From Alphaproteobacteria bacterium (GTDB lineage: Bacteria; Pseudomonadota; Alphaproteobacteria; MPNO01; UBA830): DNA of 64,000 nt. Made by a program: the position numbers and the translations under genes. This document shows positions 49,729-59,708 of the stretch, in pieces. Below the pieces are notes generated by a model that was not told where the DNA came from, ran no database searches, and worked only from the letters and a program-made list of their open reading frames with translations. How positions within the stretch are numbered: position 1 is the first letter of the stretch; every line of letters begins with the position of its first letter. The stretch is from positions 10,559 through 74,558 of the forward strand of contig JAYOEF010000001.1 in assembly GCA_038106605.1 (NCBI GenBank), read 5' to 3'.

Positions 49729-50590
49729 CTGGCTGGATGCGATCCTGCAGGGGGTCCTGCTCGGCGGGCTCTACGCGCTGTTCGCGACCGGCCTGTCGCT
49801 GATGTTCGGCATCATGCGCCTCGTCAACCTCGCCCACGGCGACCTGATCGTGTTCGCCGCCTTCCTCATCCTCGCCGCGGCGGACAAATTGGGTCTGGGC
49901 GTGTTCGCCGCCACCGCGCTGACGCTGCCGCTGATGTTCGCGATCGGCTTCGTCCTCCAGCGCTACCTCCTCAACCGCACGCTCGGCAAGGACATCCTGC
50001 CACCGCTGCTGGTCACCTTCGGCATCTCCATCGTCATCCAGAACGGGCTCCTCGAGGCCTTCTCCGCCGACAGCCAGCGGCTCCAGGCGTTCGGGATCGA
50101 GACGCAGTCCTGGTCGCTCGGCGGCGGCATCGCGGTCGGCGTGATGCCGACGATGTGCTTCGCGTCCGCCGTCATCGTCATCGTCGCGCTCAACGCGCTC
50201 ATGTACCGCTCGCGGATCGGGCGCGCGTTCCGCGCCACCTCGGACGATCCCTCGACCGTGCAGCTGATGGGCATCGACAACCGCAACGTCTTTGCCATTG
50301 CCACCGCCATCGCCTTCGTCGTGATCGCGATCTCGGCGCTCTATTTCGGCAACCGCGCCCAGTTCGACCCGACCATCGGCGCGTTCCGCCTGCTCTACGC
50401 CTTCGAGGCGGTGATCATCGGCGGGCTCGGGAGCCTGTGGGGCACGCTGGCAGGCGGCGTGATCCTCGGCGTCGCGCAGACGGTGGGCGCCAAGATCAAT
50501 CCCGAATGGCAGATCCTCGCGGGGCACGTGGTGTTCCTGATCGTGCTCGTCGTGCGGCCGCGCGGCCTGTTCCCGCGCGCGGTGGACTGA
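49721..50590 (+). CDS. branched-chain amino acid ABC transporter permease (LivH-like)
   Basis: 8 TM helices and a LivH-family motif layout; 8-nt overlap with the upstream ATPase gene. Confidence 0.9.
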   Translation: MLSWLDAILQGVLLGGLYALFATGLSLMFGIMRLVNLAHGDLIVFAAFLILAAADKLGLGVFAATALTLPLMFAIGFVLQRYLLNRTLGKDILPPLLVTFGISIVIQNGLLEAFSADSQRLQAFGIETQSWSLGGGIAVGVMPTMCFASAVIVIVALNALMYRSRIGRAFRATSDDPSTVQLMGIDNRNVFAIATAIAFVVIAISALYFGNRAQFDPTIGAFRLLYAFEAVIIGGLGSLWGTLAGGVILGVAQTVGAKINPEWQILAGHVVFLIVLVVRPRGLFPRAVD

Positions 50591-50594
50591 CGCC

Positions 50595-51662
50595 ATGGCG
50601 GAGACCCCCACCCTGCCCGCGGGATACCGCATCCGCACGCGAACGAAGCTCTCGACCGCCTCGGCAGTCGTATTCCTCGCGCTGTTCGCGCTCCTCTTCG
50701 CGGCGCCCGCCTTCGCGGCGCGCGACACGATCCAGGACCTGTTCTTCATCCTCACCATGCTGACGCTGGCGCAGTACTGGAACCTGCTCGCGGGCTATGC
50801 CGGGCTGGTCTCGGTCGGCCAGCAGGCCTTCGTCGGCATCGGCGCCTATGCGCTGTTCGCGAGCGCGATCTTCCTCAGGCTCGATCCGGTCGCGGGCGCG
50901 CTCTTGGGCGGGCTCGTCGCCATGGTCCTCGCCGTGCCGACGGCCTTCGTCATCTTCCGGCTGAGGGGCGCCTATTTCGCCATCGGCACCTGGGTCGCGG
51001 CCGAGGTCTTCCGGCTCTGCTTCGCGCAATGGCGCGCGGTCGGCGGCGGCACCGGCACGTCGCTGCCGCGCTCCGCGACCGGCGATTTCTTCGGCCTCGA
51101 CCTCATCAAGACGCTGTTCGACGTGCGCACGTCGGCCGCGCGCGACATCGCCGCCTACTGGCTCGCGCTCATCCTCGCCGGCGGCACCATCGTGCTGGTC
51201 TACGCCATCCTGCGCTCGCGCTACGGGCTCGCCCTCTCCGCCGTGAGGGACGCGGAAGGCGCGGCGCGCAGCCTCGGCGTCAGGAACTTCCGCACCAAGG
51301 TCTGGATCTACGTCGTCTCGGCGTTCGGCACCGGCGTGGCAGGCGCGCTGATCTATTTCCAGAAGGCGCGCGTCTCGCCCGACTCGGCGTTCTCGGTGAT
51401 GGACTGGACGGCCTTCGTCGTCTTCATCGTGGTGATCGGCGGCATCGGCACCATCGAGGGGCCGATCGTGGGCGTCCTCGTGTTCTTCCTGCTGCAGAAC
51501 TATTTCGCCGACTACGGCACCTGGTACCTGATGGCGCTCGGCATCATCGCCACCGCCGTGATGCTGGTCGCGCCGCAGGGCCTGTGGGGGCTGGTGCAGG
51601 CGAAGTACGGCATCAGGCTTTTCCCGGTCCAGCGCCGCCTGGTGCGCGACCGCGAGGAGTGA
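50595..51662 (+). CDS. branched-chain amino acid ABC transporter permease (LivM-like)
   Basis: Multi-TM protein of the LivM family. Confidence 0.9.
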   Translation: MAETPTLPAGYRIRTRTKLSTASAVVFLALFALLFAAPAFAARDTIQDLFFILTMLTLAQYWNLLAGYAGLVSVGQQAFVGIGAYALFASAIFLRLDPVAGALLGGLVAMVLAVPTAFVIFRLRGAYFAIGTWVAAEVFRLCFAQWRAVGGGTGTSLPRSATGDFFGLDLIKTLFDVRTSAARDIAAYWLALILAGGTIVLVYAILRSRYGLALSAVRDAEGAARSLGVRNFRTKVWIYVVSAFGTGVAGALIYFQKARVSPDSAFSVMDWTAFVVFIVVIGGIGTIEGPIVGVLVFFLLQNYFADYGTWYLMALGIIATAVMLVAPQGLWGLVQAKYGIRLFPVQRRLVRDREE

Positions 51663-51700
51663 AGGGCGAAAGGGCGCTGGGGAAACGCGCCCCCTCCCCC

Positions 51701-51776
51701 GTCATTCCCGCGAAAGCGGGAATCCATGGCGGCCCGAGCGCTAACCGGTGAGATCCCCGCTTTCGCGGGGATGACG
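51701..51776. repeat. paired hairpin repeat (A + B units) between the convergent livM-like and msrB genes
   Basis: gtcattcccgcgaaagcgggaatcc … gatccccgctttcgcggggatgacg. Confidence 0.85.
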
Positions 51777-51799
51777 CGAGAAGGAAGCGGAGAGCGGCC

Positions 51800-52303
<504 letters not shown>

Positions 52304-52412
52304 CTTGCTGGTGGCGATGGCGGACATGTGGGGCGGGGGCGCGGTTTCCGCCAATCACGCCCGATCACAGGGGCGTGACGTCACGCCCCCGGGGCCGTCC
52401 CGCCCCTTTGCC

Positions 52413-52540
52413 GTCATTCCCGCGAAAGCGGGAATCCCCGCGGCCCGAACGCGTCACAAGGAGATCCCCGCTTTCGCGGGGATGACGGAGGAACAGGGGA
52501 TGACGGAGAAACTGGGGATGACGGAGGAACGCGGGGATGC
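52413..52540. repeat. paired hairpin repeat followed by an 18-bp x3 tandem expansion of its terminus (ggggatgacggagraac)
   Basis: gtcattcccgcgaaagcgggaatcc … gatccccgctttcgcggggatgacggaggaacaggggatgacggagaaactggggatgacggaggaacgcggggatgcc. Confidence 0.85.
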
Positions 52541-52612
52541 CAAGGGTAAGGGCGTAGCGTGAGAGAAGGCCCCCAACTGGATTCCCGGCCCTTCGCGCGC
52601 CATATTAGGCCC

Positions 52613-54736
52613 ATGACCGTCATCGTCGCAGACCGCCCCACCTCAGACGTCGGAAGGCCGTTCGAGATCGTCTCGGACTTCGCGCCGGCGGGCGACCAGC
52701 CGCAGGCCATCGCGGAGCTGCTGGCGGGCGCCGAGGCGGGCGAGCGCGACCAGGTGCTGCTCGGCGTCACCGGATCCGGCAAGACCTTCACCATGGCGCA
52801 CGTGATCCAGACTCTCGGGCGGCCTACGCTGGTCCTCGCCCCCAACAAGACCCTCGCCGCCCAGCTCTACGGCGAGATGAAGTCGTTCTTCCCGCACAAC
52901 GCGGTCGAGTATTTCGTCTCCTACTACGACTACTACCAGCCCGAGGCCTACGTGCCGCGGTCGGACACCTATATCGAGAAGGACGCGTCGATCAACGAGC
53001 AGATCGACCGCATGCGCCACGCCGCGACCCGCGCGCTGATCGAGCGCCGCGACGTCATCATCGTCGCCAGCGTGTCGTGCATCTACGGCATCGGCTCGCT
53101 CGAATCCTACCAGCGCATGACGATCCCGCTGAAGAAGGGCGACAGCGTCGACGTCGGCGACCTGCTGAAGCAGTTCGTCGCGCTGCAGTACCGGCGGAAC
53201 GACCAGAACTTCACGCGCGGCGCCTTCCGGGTGCGGGGCGACACGGTCGAGATCTTCCCCGCCCACTACGAGGACCGCGCCTGGCGCCTCGGCTTCTTCG
53301 GCGACGAGATCGAGGAGATCCACGAGTTCGACCCGCTGACGGGCGAACGCACCGCCGCGCTCGACGCCGTGACGATCTATGCCAACAGCCACTACGTGAC
53401 GCCGCGCCCGACGATCACGCAGGCGATCCTCCACATCAAGGAGGAGCTCAAGGAGCGCCTCGCCTGGTTCGAGGCGAACAACAAGCTCCTCGAGGCGCAG
53501 CGGCTGGAGCAGCGCACCACGTTCGACCTCGAGATGCTGGAGACCACCGGCCACTGCGCCGGCATCGAGAACTACTCGCGCTATCTGACGGGCCGCGCGC
53601 CGGGCGAGCCGCCGCCGACGCTGTTCGAATACCTGCCGGACGACGCGCTCCTCATCGTCGACGAGAGCCACGTCACCGTGCCGCAGATCGGCGGCATGTA
53701 CCGCGGCGACTTCAACCGCAAATCGACGCTGGCCGAATTCGGCTTCCGCCTGCCGTCCTGCGTCGACAACCGCCCGCTCAAGTTCGAGGAGTGGGACGCG
53801 ATGCGCCCGCAGACCTTCTGCGTGTCGGCGACGCCGGGCCCGTGGGAGATGGAGCGCACCGGCGGCGCCTTCGTCGAGCAGATCATCCGGCCGACCGGGC
53901 TGATCGATCCCGTCTGCATCGTCCGGCCCGTGGGCAGCCAGGTCGACGATCTTCTTTCCGAGTGCCGCACCTGCGTCACCAAGGGCCAGCGCGTCCTCGT
54001 CACCACGCTCACCAAACGCATGGCCGAGGACCTCACCGAATACATGCAGGAGGCGGGCATCCGCGTCCGCTACCTCCATTCGGATGTCGACACGCTCGAA
54101 CGGATAGAGATCATCCGCGACCTGCGGCTGGGCGCGTTCGACGTGCTGGTCGGCATCAACCTCCTGCGCGAGGGGCTCGACATCCCGGAATGCGCGCTGG
54201 TGGCGATCCTCGACGCCGACAAGGAGGGTTTCCTGCGCTCGCGCACCTCGCTCGTCCAGACGATCGGCAGAGCCGCGCGCAACATCGACGGGCGCGTGCT
54301 GCTCTACGCCGACCGCATGACCGACTCGCTCAAATACGCGATCGACGAGACCGAGCGCCGGCGCGAGAAGCAGCAGGCCTGGAACGTCGAGCACGGCATC
54401 ACGCCCGAAAGCGTGCGGAAGGGCATCTCCGACATCCTGGAGACGGTCTATTCGCAGGATTCCTACACCGTCGCCACGCTCGACGAGGACACGCCTCACC
54501 TCGTCGGCCACAACCTCCAGGCCTACATCGCCGACATGGACACCCGCATGAAGGAGGCCGCCGCCAACCTCGAATTCGAGGAGGCGGCACGCCTCCGCGA
54601 CGAGATCCGCCGGCTGGAGACCATGGAGCTCGGCGTCCAGCCCATGGGCCCCAGGCGCCTCGCCGCCCGCATCGACGCCGCCAAGCGCGGCCAGGGCAAC
54701 GCCAAGTACCGCAAGAAGGGCAAGGGCAAGCGGTAG
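52613..54736 (+). CDS. uvrB: excinuclease ABC subunit B
   Basis: [12 protein letters not shown]-terminus, Walker A GVTGSGKT, helicase motifs, a beta-hairpin and a C-terminal UVR domain. Confidence 0.95.
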   Translation: MTVIVADRPTSDVGRPFEIVSDFAPAGDQPQAIAELLAGAEAGERDQVLLGVTGSGKTFTMAHVIQTLGRPTLVLAPNKTLAAQLYGEMKSFFPHNAVEYFVSYYDYYQPEAYVPRSDTYIEKDASINEQIDRMRHAATRALIERRDVIIVASVSCIYGIGSLESYQRMTIPLKKGDSVDVGDLLKQFVALQYRRNDQNFTRGAFRVRGDTVEIFPAHYEDRAWRLGFFGDEIEEIHEFDPLTGERTAALDAVTIYANSHYVTPRPTITQAILHIKEELKERLAWFEANNKLLEAQRLEQRTTFDLEMLETTGHCAGIENYSRYLTGRAPGEPPPTLFEYLPDDALLIVDESHVTVPQIGGMYRGDFNRKSTLAEFGFRLPSCVDNRPLKFEEWDAMRPQTFCVSATPGPWEMERTGGAFVEQIIRPTGLIDPVCIVRPVGSQVDDLLSECRTCVTKGQRVLVTTLTKRMAEDLTEYMQEAGIRVRYLHSDVDTLERIEIIRDLRLGAFDVLVGINLLREGLDIPECALVAILDADKEGFLRSRTSLVQTIGRAARNIDGRVLLYADRMTDSLKYAIDETERRREKQQAWNVEHGITPESVRKGISDILETVYSQDSYTVATLDEDTPHLVGHNLQAYIADMDTRMKEAAANLEFEEAARLRDEIRRLETMELGVQPMGPRRLAARIDAAKRGQGNAKYRKKGKGKR

Positions 54737-54756
54737 GGGCGCCGGCCTTCCTTCCC

Positions 54757-54850
54757 CACCCTATTCCCTCGGGCCTGTCCCGAGGGTCCAGTGCTGAAGC
54801 CAGTTTCCGCGTTTCCGGTGGACCCCCGGCACGGAGGCCGGGGGAACAGG
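54757..54850. repeat. composite hairpin repeat family B, second copy
   Basis: ccctcgggcctgtcccgagggtcca … cccccggcacggaggccggggg; compare 19265-19355. Confidence 0.8.
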
Positions 54851-54892
54851 CACGGGAACGGCAACGCCCCAGTGTCCACCTCTCTTCTCTCC

Positions 54893-54965
54893 GTCATTCC
54901 CGCGAAAGCGGGAATCCCCTTCCCGAGCCTGTGCCGGGCGGGATCCCCGCTTTCGCGGGGATGAC
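54893..54965. repeat. paired hairpin repeat (A + B units)
   Basis: gtcattcccgcgaaagcgggaatcc, then 23 bp, then gatccccgctttcgcggggatgac. Confidence 0.85.
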
Positions 54966-54989
54966 ACCGATAGAGAGCGACGCCTGCCC

Positions 54990-56732
54990 CTACTTCTTCT
55001 TCCTCTCGGGTTTGGCGTCGGGCGGCGGGGTGGTCGGCATGATGACGTCGGCGAGCTGGGCGTAGTCGTCGGCGCGGAGGTCGCGGACGATGTCCCTGAT
55101 CCGGTCGTCGGGCGTGCCGTAGTTCTTCAGCACCGCCTCGCCGAGCTGGAGGCTGAGCTCGTAGGTCTCGTGCACGATGCCGCTCGCGCCAGCGTCGGTG
55201 AGCCGCCGCTTCTGCGCATTGTCCCGCGCGCGGACGAAGATGCCGAGCCGCGGATAGCGCTCGTGCAGCAGGACGACCGCGCGCTCGGCGGCGATGGCGT
55301 TGTCGAGGATGATGACAGCCGCTCTTGCACGGGCGACGCCCAGCGCCTCCATCACCTCGACCCGGCTGGCGTCGCCGTAATAGACCGAGAGCCCGCGCGA
55401 GCGCGCCTCGGCGACACGGGTGGGTTCGAACTCGACCGCGACGTAGGGGATGCCGGCCGCCGCCAGCGCCTTCACCACCGACTGGCCGACGCGGCCGAAG
55501 CCGGCGACGATCACGTGCTCCTTGAGGTCGGCGGTCTCGGTCGCCATGTCGCCCTGCTCGCCGGCGCGCTTCGCTTCGATCTTCGCGTGCGCGCGGTTGC
55601 CGAGCACCGCGAGCAGCGGTGTCAGCGCCATCGAGACCGCGATCACCGCGGCAAGGATCGTGGCGTCGCGCGCCTCGATGAGGCCGTAAACGGCGGCGAG
55701 GGCGAACAGCGCGAAGCCGAACTCGCCGGCCTGGCCGAGGATCAGCGCGGCATTGGCGGACGTCTCGGGCGGGACCTTGGAGAAGCGGCAGAGAACGAAG
55801 ATCACCGCCGCCTTCAGGGCCACGAGACCGATCACGAGGCCGAAGACGAGCAGCAGGCTCTCGCCGATGGCCTTGAGGTCGAGCCCGATGCCGACGGTCA
55901 TGAAGAAGAGGCCGAGGAGCAGGCCGCGGAACGGCTGGATGTCGGCCTCGACCTGGTGGCGGTACTCGGTCTCGGCGAGGAGAAGGCCCGCGAGGAAGCC
56001 GCCCAATGCCAATGAGAGACCCATCGACGAGGTGAACAGGCTCATCCCCAGCAGCACGGCGAGCGTGACGGCGGAGAACAGCTCCGGGCTGCGGCCGACG
56101 GCGATGATGCGGAACAGCGGGCGCAGCACGGTGCGGCCGATCACGGCGACGACGGCGAGGGCGAGAACCGCCTTGCCGAGCGTCCAGAGCAGCGACATCG
56201 CCATGCCGTCGCCGCCGCCCGCAAACGCCGGTACGAGAGCGAGGAGCGGCACCACGGCGAGGTCCTGGAGCAGCAGGATGGCGAACACGAGGCGGCCGCG
56301 CCGAGTCGACAGTTCGCCGCGCTCGCTCATCAGCTGGAGGACGACGGCAGTCGAGGACAGCGCCAGGCCGCCGCCGACGATGATCGCGGTCGTCACCGGG
56401 AAACCGGCCGCCCAGGCCGCGGCGGCGATCACGGCCGATGTGGTTACGACCTGGAGGGTGCCGAGCCCGAAGATCTGGTTGCGGATCAGACGCAGGCGCT
56501 CGACGCTGAGCTCGAGGCCGACGGTAAACAGCAGGAACACCACGCCGAGCTCGGCGATGCCGCTAACGGTGTCCGAATCGGAGACCAGGGCGAGCCCGCC
56601 CGGGCCGATGATGACGCCGGCGACCAGGTAGCCGAGAACGAGGCTCGACCGCAGGCGCTGGAAGACCGGGGCGACGACGACGGCCGCGATCAGGAAGATG
56701 AGTGTGGCGGCGAGAAACGACTGATCGTGCAT
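54990..56732 (-). CDS. CPA2-family monovalent cation:proton antiporter with C-terminal TrkA-N (KefB/KefC-like)
   Basis: 13 TM Na_H exchanger domain plus a Rossmann KTN domain (VIVAGFGRVGQ). Confidence 0.85.
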   Translation of the reverse strand: MHDQSFLAATLIFLIAAVVVAPVFQRLRSSLVLGYLVAGVIIGPGGLALVSDSDTVSGIAELGVVFLLFTVGLELSVERLRLIRNQIFGLGTLQVVTTSAVIAAAAWAAGFPVTTAIIVGGGLALSSTAVVLQLMSERGELSTRRGRLVFAILLLQDLAVVPLLALVPAFAGGGDGMAMSLLWTLGKAVLALAVVAVIGRTVLRPLFRIIAVGRSPELFSAVTLAVLLGMSLFTSSMGLSLALGGFLAGLLLAETEYRHQVEADIQPFRGLLLGLFFMTVGIGLDLKAIGESLLLVFGLVIGLVALKAAVIFVLCRFSKVPPETSANAALILGQAGEFGFALFALAAVYGLIEARDATILAAVIAVSMALTPLLAVLGNRAHAKIEAKRAGEQGDMATETADLKEHVIVAGFGRVGQSVVKALAAAGIPYVAVEFEPTRVAEARSRGLSVYYGDASRVEVMEALGVARARAAVIILDNAIAAERAVVLLHERYPRLGIFVRARDNAQKRRLTDAGASGIVHETYELSLQLGEAVLKNYGTPDDRIRDIVRDLRADDYAQLADVIMPTTPPPDAKPERKKK

Positions 56733-56970
56733 GAAACGCGGACGAAGTCCCTTCCGGAGGGCGGAGCGGCCCCGAGTGTAGCGGCTTCGCTGGCGACTCC
56801 CAATCGGGGGTGGAATCGTGCACGGAAAAGCCCCATATAGGGCGCGTCGGACGCCTCCGGGCGGCCGATGTACGCGACCGAATTCCGACGGCCGGACTCG
56901 CGGTGCTGTCGGAAGTCGGCGCTCTCCCGTCCGCCAACCGTCCCGTAGCAGACCAGCAGCCAGCGCCCGC

Positions 56971-57939
56971 ATGCTCTACGTCGAAATCGTCGCCGGATTC
57001 GCCCTCCTCCTCTTCGGGGGCGAAGCCGTCGTTCGCGGCGCGGTCGGCCTGGCGCAGAAGCTCGGCGTCTCCCCCCTGATCATCGGCCTGACCATCGTCG
57101 GCTTCGGCACGTCGCTGCCGGAGATGGTGGTCAGCGTGAACGCCGCGATCGTCGGCTCGGCCGGCATCGCCATAGGCAACGTCGTCGGCAGCAACATCGC
57201 CAACACGCTGATGATCCTCGGCGTCTCGGCCGTGCTCGCGCCGATCGCCGTCCACCCCAAGGCGGTCAGCCGCGACACCATGTGCATGGTGGCGGCGACG
57301 CTCGTGTTCTGCGCGCTGTCGCTGACGGGCGAGCTGAACTCGTGGCACGGCATCGCCATGCTGATCCTGCTCGCCGCCTATATCGGCTTCACCGTCTGGC
57401 ACGACGACAAGACCCACGACGCGGTCGCCGAACTCCACCGCGAGGAGGCGGGAGAGATCGAGAAGGTCGAGCTCAGGACGCCCTACGTCATCGCCATCAT
57501 CCTCATCGGCATGTTCGCCGTGGTCGCGGGTGCGGAATGGCTGGTCGACGGCGCGAGCGGCCTCGCCCGCCAGATGGGGGTGCCGGACGAGATCATCGGC
57601 CTCACCATCGTCGCCATCGGCACGTCGCTGCCCGAGCTCGCGACCTCGTTCGCCGCCGCCTGGCGCGGCCATTCGGACGTGTGCGTGGGCAACGTCATCG
57701 GCAGCAACATCTTCAACCTGTTCGGCATCGCCGGCATCACCACGCTGTTCGCGCCGCTGCCGTTCTCCGATCAGATCATCGGCTTCGACCTTCCCTGCCT
57801 CGTGATCGCGACACTGGTGATCCTGCCGTTCATGCTGACCGGCCTCCGGATCAACCGCATCGAGGGCGGTATCCTGTTCGCGCTCTACGGCGCCTACCTC
57901 ACCTCCCAGTTCGTCGGCATGAAGAGCTTCGGCTTCTGA
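56971..57939 (+). CDS. CaCA-family Ca2+/Na+ antiporter (YrbG-like)
   Basis: Two alpha-repeat GTSLPE motifs (GFGTSLPEMVVS / AIGTSLPELATS). Confidence 0.8.
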   Translation: MLYVEIVAGFALLLFGGEAVVRGAVGLAQKLGVSPLIIGLTIVGFGTSLPEMVVSVNAAIVGSAGIAIGNVVGSNIANTLMILGVSAVLAPIAVHPKAVSRDTMCMVAATLVFCALSLTGELNSWHGIAMLILLAAYIGFTVWHDDKTHDAVAELHREEAGEIEKVELRTPYVIAIILIGMFAVVAGAEWLVDGASGLARQMGVPDEIIGLTIVAIGTSLPELATSFAAAWRGHSDVCVGNVIGSNIFNLFGIAGITTLFAPLPFSDQIIGFDLPCLVIATLVILPFMLTGLRINRIEGGILFALYGAYLTSQFVGMKSFGF

Positions 57940-57999
57940 GCCGCCCCATGCGCGAGGCGCGCCCTTGAATCCGCCCCGCCCCTGCCCCATCCTGCCCCG

Positions 58000-58788
58000 A
58001 TGACGTCCGACACCCGCTCAAGACCCGCTTCCCGTCACGCGCTCGTCACCGGCGGCGCGCGCCGCATCGGCCGCGCGATCTGCGAAGCGCTCGCCGCCGA
58101 CGGCTGGACCGTCGGCATCCACTACCGCGAGTCTGACGCCGATGCCGAAGCTCTCAGGGCCGGGATCGAGGCCGCCGGGTGCCGCGCCTACACCGCCGCC
58201 GCCGACCTCGCCGATCCGGACGGGCCTTCGGCGCTCCTCGCCGCCGCTATGGCCGAAGGCGGCCCCGTGACCTGCCTCGTCAACAACGCCTCGCTGTTCG
58301 AGCGCGACGACATCGCGACCGTCACGCCGGGCGGCTGGGAGGCGCACATGGCCGTCAACGCCCGCGCGCCGCTGTTCCTGTCGCAGGGCATGGCCGCCGC
58401 CTTGCCGGACGGCGTGGCGGGCAACATCGTCAACATCGTCGACCAGCGGGCGCTCAACCTGCCGCCCGGCTTCGTCTCCTACACCGCGAGCAAGGCGGCG
58501 CTTTGGGCTCTGACCCGTCAATTGGCCCTGGCGCTGGCGCCCCGCATCCGGGTCAACGCCATCGGTCCGGGACCGACGCTGCCGAGCCCGCGCCAGAGCG
58601 AGGCCCAGTTCGCCGCCCAGGCCGCGCGGGTGCCGCTCGGCCACGGCGCGGGGGCGGAGGAAATCGCCGACGGAGTGCGCTATATACTCTCCGCCGGCTC
58701 GATGACGGGCCAGATGATCGCCCTCGACGGCGGCCAGCATCTGGGCTGGGACACGCCCGATCCGGGATCGCTCCCGGTCGAGGAATAG
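58000..58788 (+). CDS. SDR-family oxidoreductase, pteridine reductase/FolM-like
   Basis: TGGARRIG cofactor motif and a YTASK catalytic pair. Directly upstream of folB. Confidence 0.75.
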   Translation: MTSDTRSRPASRHALVTGGARRIGRAICEALAADGWTVGIHYRESDADAEALRAGIEAAGCRAYTAAADLADPDGPSALLAAAMAEGGPVTCLVNNASLFERDDIATVTPGGWEAHMAVNARAPLFLSQGMAAALPDGVAGNIVNIVDQRALNLPPGFVSYTASKAALWALTRQLALALAPRIRVNAIGPGPTLPSPRQSEAQFAAQAARVPLGHGAGAEEIADGVRYILSAGSMTGQMIALDGGQHLGWDTPDPGSLPVEE

Positions 58789-58832
58789 CGGGCGAGGAAT
58801 AGCGGGCCGGGAAGCCCGGGAAAGAGCGGACC

Positions 58833-59246
58833 ATGAGCACGATTTCCTTCCAGCCGGCCGGCACGCCGGCGGCGCAGGCGGCCCCGGCCGCGGGCATCCG
58901 CCGCGTCTTCGTCCGCGACCTCGTCCTCGACTGCCTGATCGGCGTCCACCGCCACGAGCGCGATGGCACGCAGCGGGTGCGCATCAACCTCGACCTCTCG
59001 GTGCGCGAGACCCCGGCGCCGATCGACGACCGGCTCGCCAACGTGCTGTGCTACGAGGACCTGATCGGCCGGGTGCGCCGCCTCGCCGCGGCCGGGCACG
59101 TCAACCTGGTCGAGACGCTCGCCGAGCGCGTCGCCGCGCTCTGCCTGGAGGCGCCGGACGTGGCCTCGGTCGCCGTGCGGGTCGAGAAACTCGACGTCTT
59201 CGCCGACGCCGCCAGCGTCGGCATCGAGATCGTCCGAAGCAACTGA
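58833..59246 (+). CDS. folB: dihydroneopterin aldolase
   Basis: 137 aa with a FolB fold pattern (…VRDLVLDCLIGVHRHER…VNLVETLAERVA…). Confidence 0.85.
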   Translation: MSTISFQPAGTPAAQAAPAAGIRRVFVRDLVLDCLIGVHRHERDGTQRVRINLDLSVRETPAPIDDRLANVLCYEDLIGRVRRLAAAGHVNLVETLAERVAALCLEAPDVASVAVRVEKLDVFADAASVGIEIVRSN

Positions 59247-59309
59247 CCGAAGGCTGTCCAGCCGGGCAGTAACCAGCGGATTAGTTAAGTAAATCCGTCA
59301 CTTGGCAGG

Positions 59310-59380
59310 CGGGATCCGGGCGGCGGTTGTACACAACGTAGACCGGGGCGTCCAATTTCGCGCCCGATCCGCCTTTTTTA
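59310..59380 (+). terminator. long imperfect hairpin plus T6 after folB
   Basis: gcgggatccgggcg … cgcccgatccgcctttttt. Confidence 0.55.
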
Positions 59381-59393
59381 ACAAATGTTTAAC
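59378..59393. promoter_or_regulatory. perfect CtrA-box consensus TTAA-N7-TTAAC
   Basis: TTAACAAATGTTTAAC, inside a ~300-bp AT-rich spacer. Confidence 0.5.
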
Positions 59394-59526
59394 AATCGTG
59401 AACCCGGCCGGCCGATTTTTTCGAATTATTTCAATTGCTTAATTAAGAGGCATATTTCCGGCTGCGGTCATCGCGCCGGCCTTGTCAATCCGGGGCAGAA
59501 CCTAAAATTTCTCTTTTTCGACAGGG

Positions 59527-59549
59527 TTATCCACAGAATCCGTGGATAA
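59527..59549. promoter_or_regulatory. palindromic pair of DnaA boxes (TTATCCACA gaatc CGTGGATAA)
   Basis: The left arm is the exact 9-mer DnaA-box consensus. The right arm is its inverted near-copy (TTATCCACG). Located 160 bp upstream of the uvrC ATG. Confidence 0.5.
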
Positions 59550-59708
59550 GGGGACGGACCGAGTCGGCGCCGCGCATCCGCCCGCCGGTTGACCCGCCGC
59601 GCCGGGTGCGACACATAAGTGCTGGCGGCCGCCGGGCAAGTCTTCGCCAAGTCACGGCCGTCTCCAGGGCCGGGGCGGGCACGGCCCCGGCGTGAATTCG
59701 CGGGTGAC

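Noticed and set aside
59484-59512. sigma-70 promoter TTGTCA-N15-TAAAAT upstream of the DnaA-box palindrome
   Set aside because: The spacer is only 15 nt, which is suboptimal. It is kept as a possibility but not called.
59250-59700. Outright assignment as the chromosomal origin oriC
   Set aside because: Only one DnaA-box pair is visible, and the gene context is atypical for alpha-proteobacterial origins. It is reported as a candidate regulatory or origin-like region instead.
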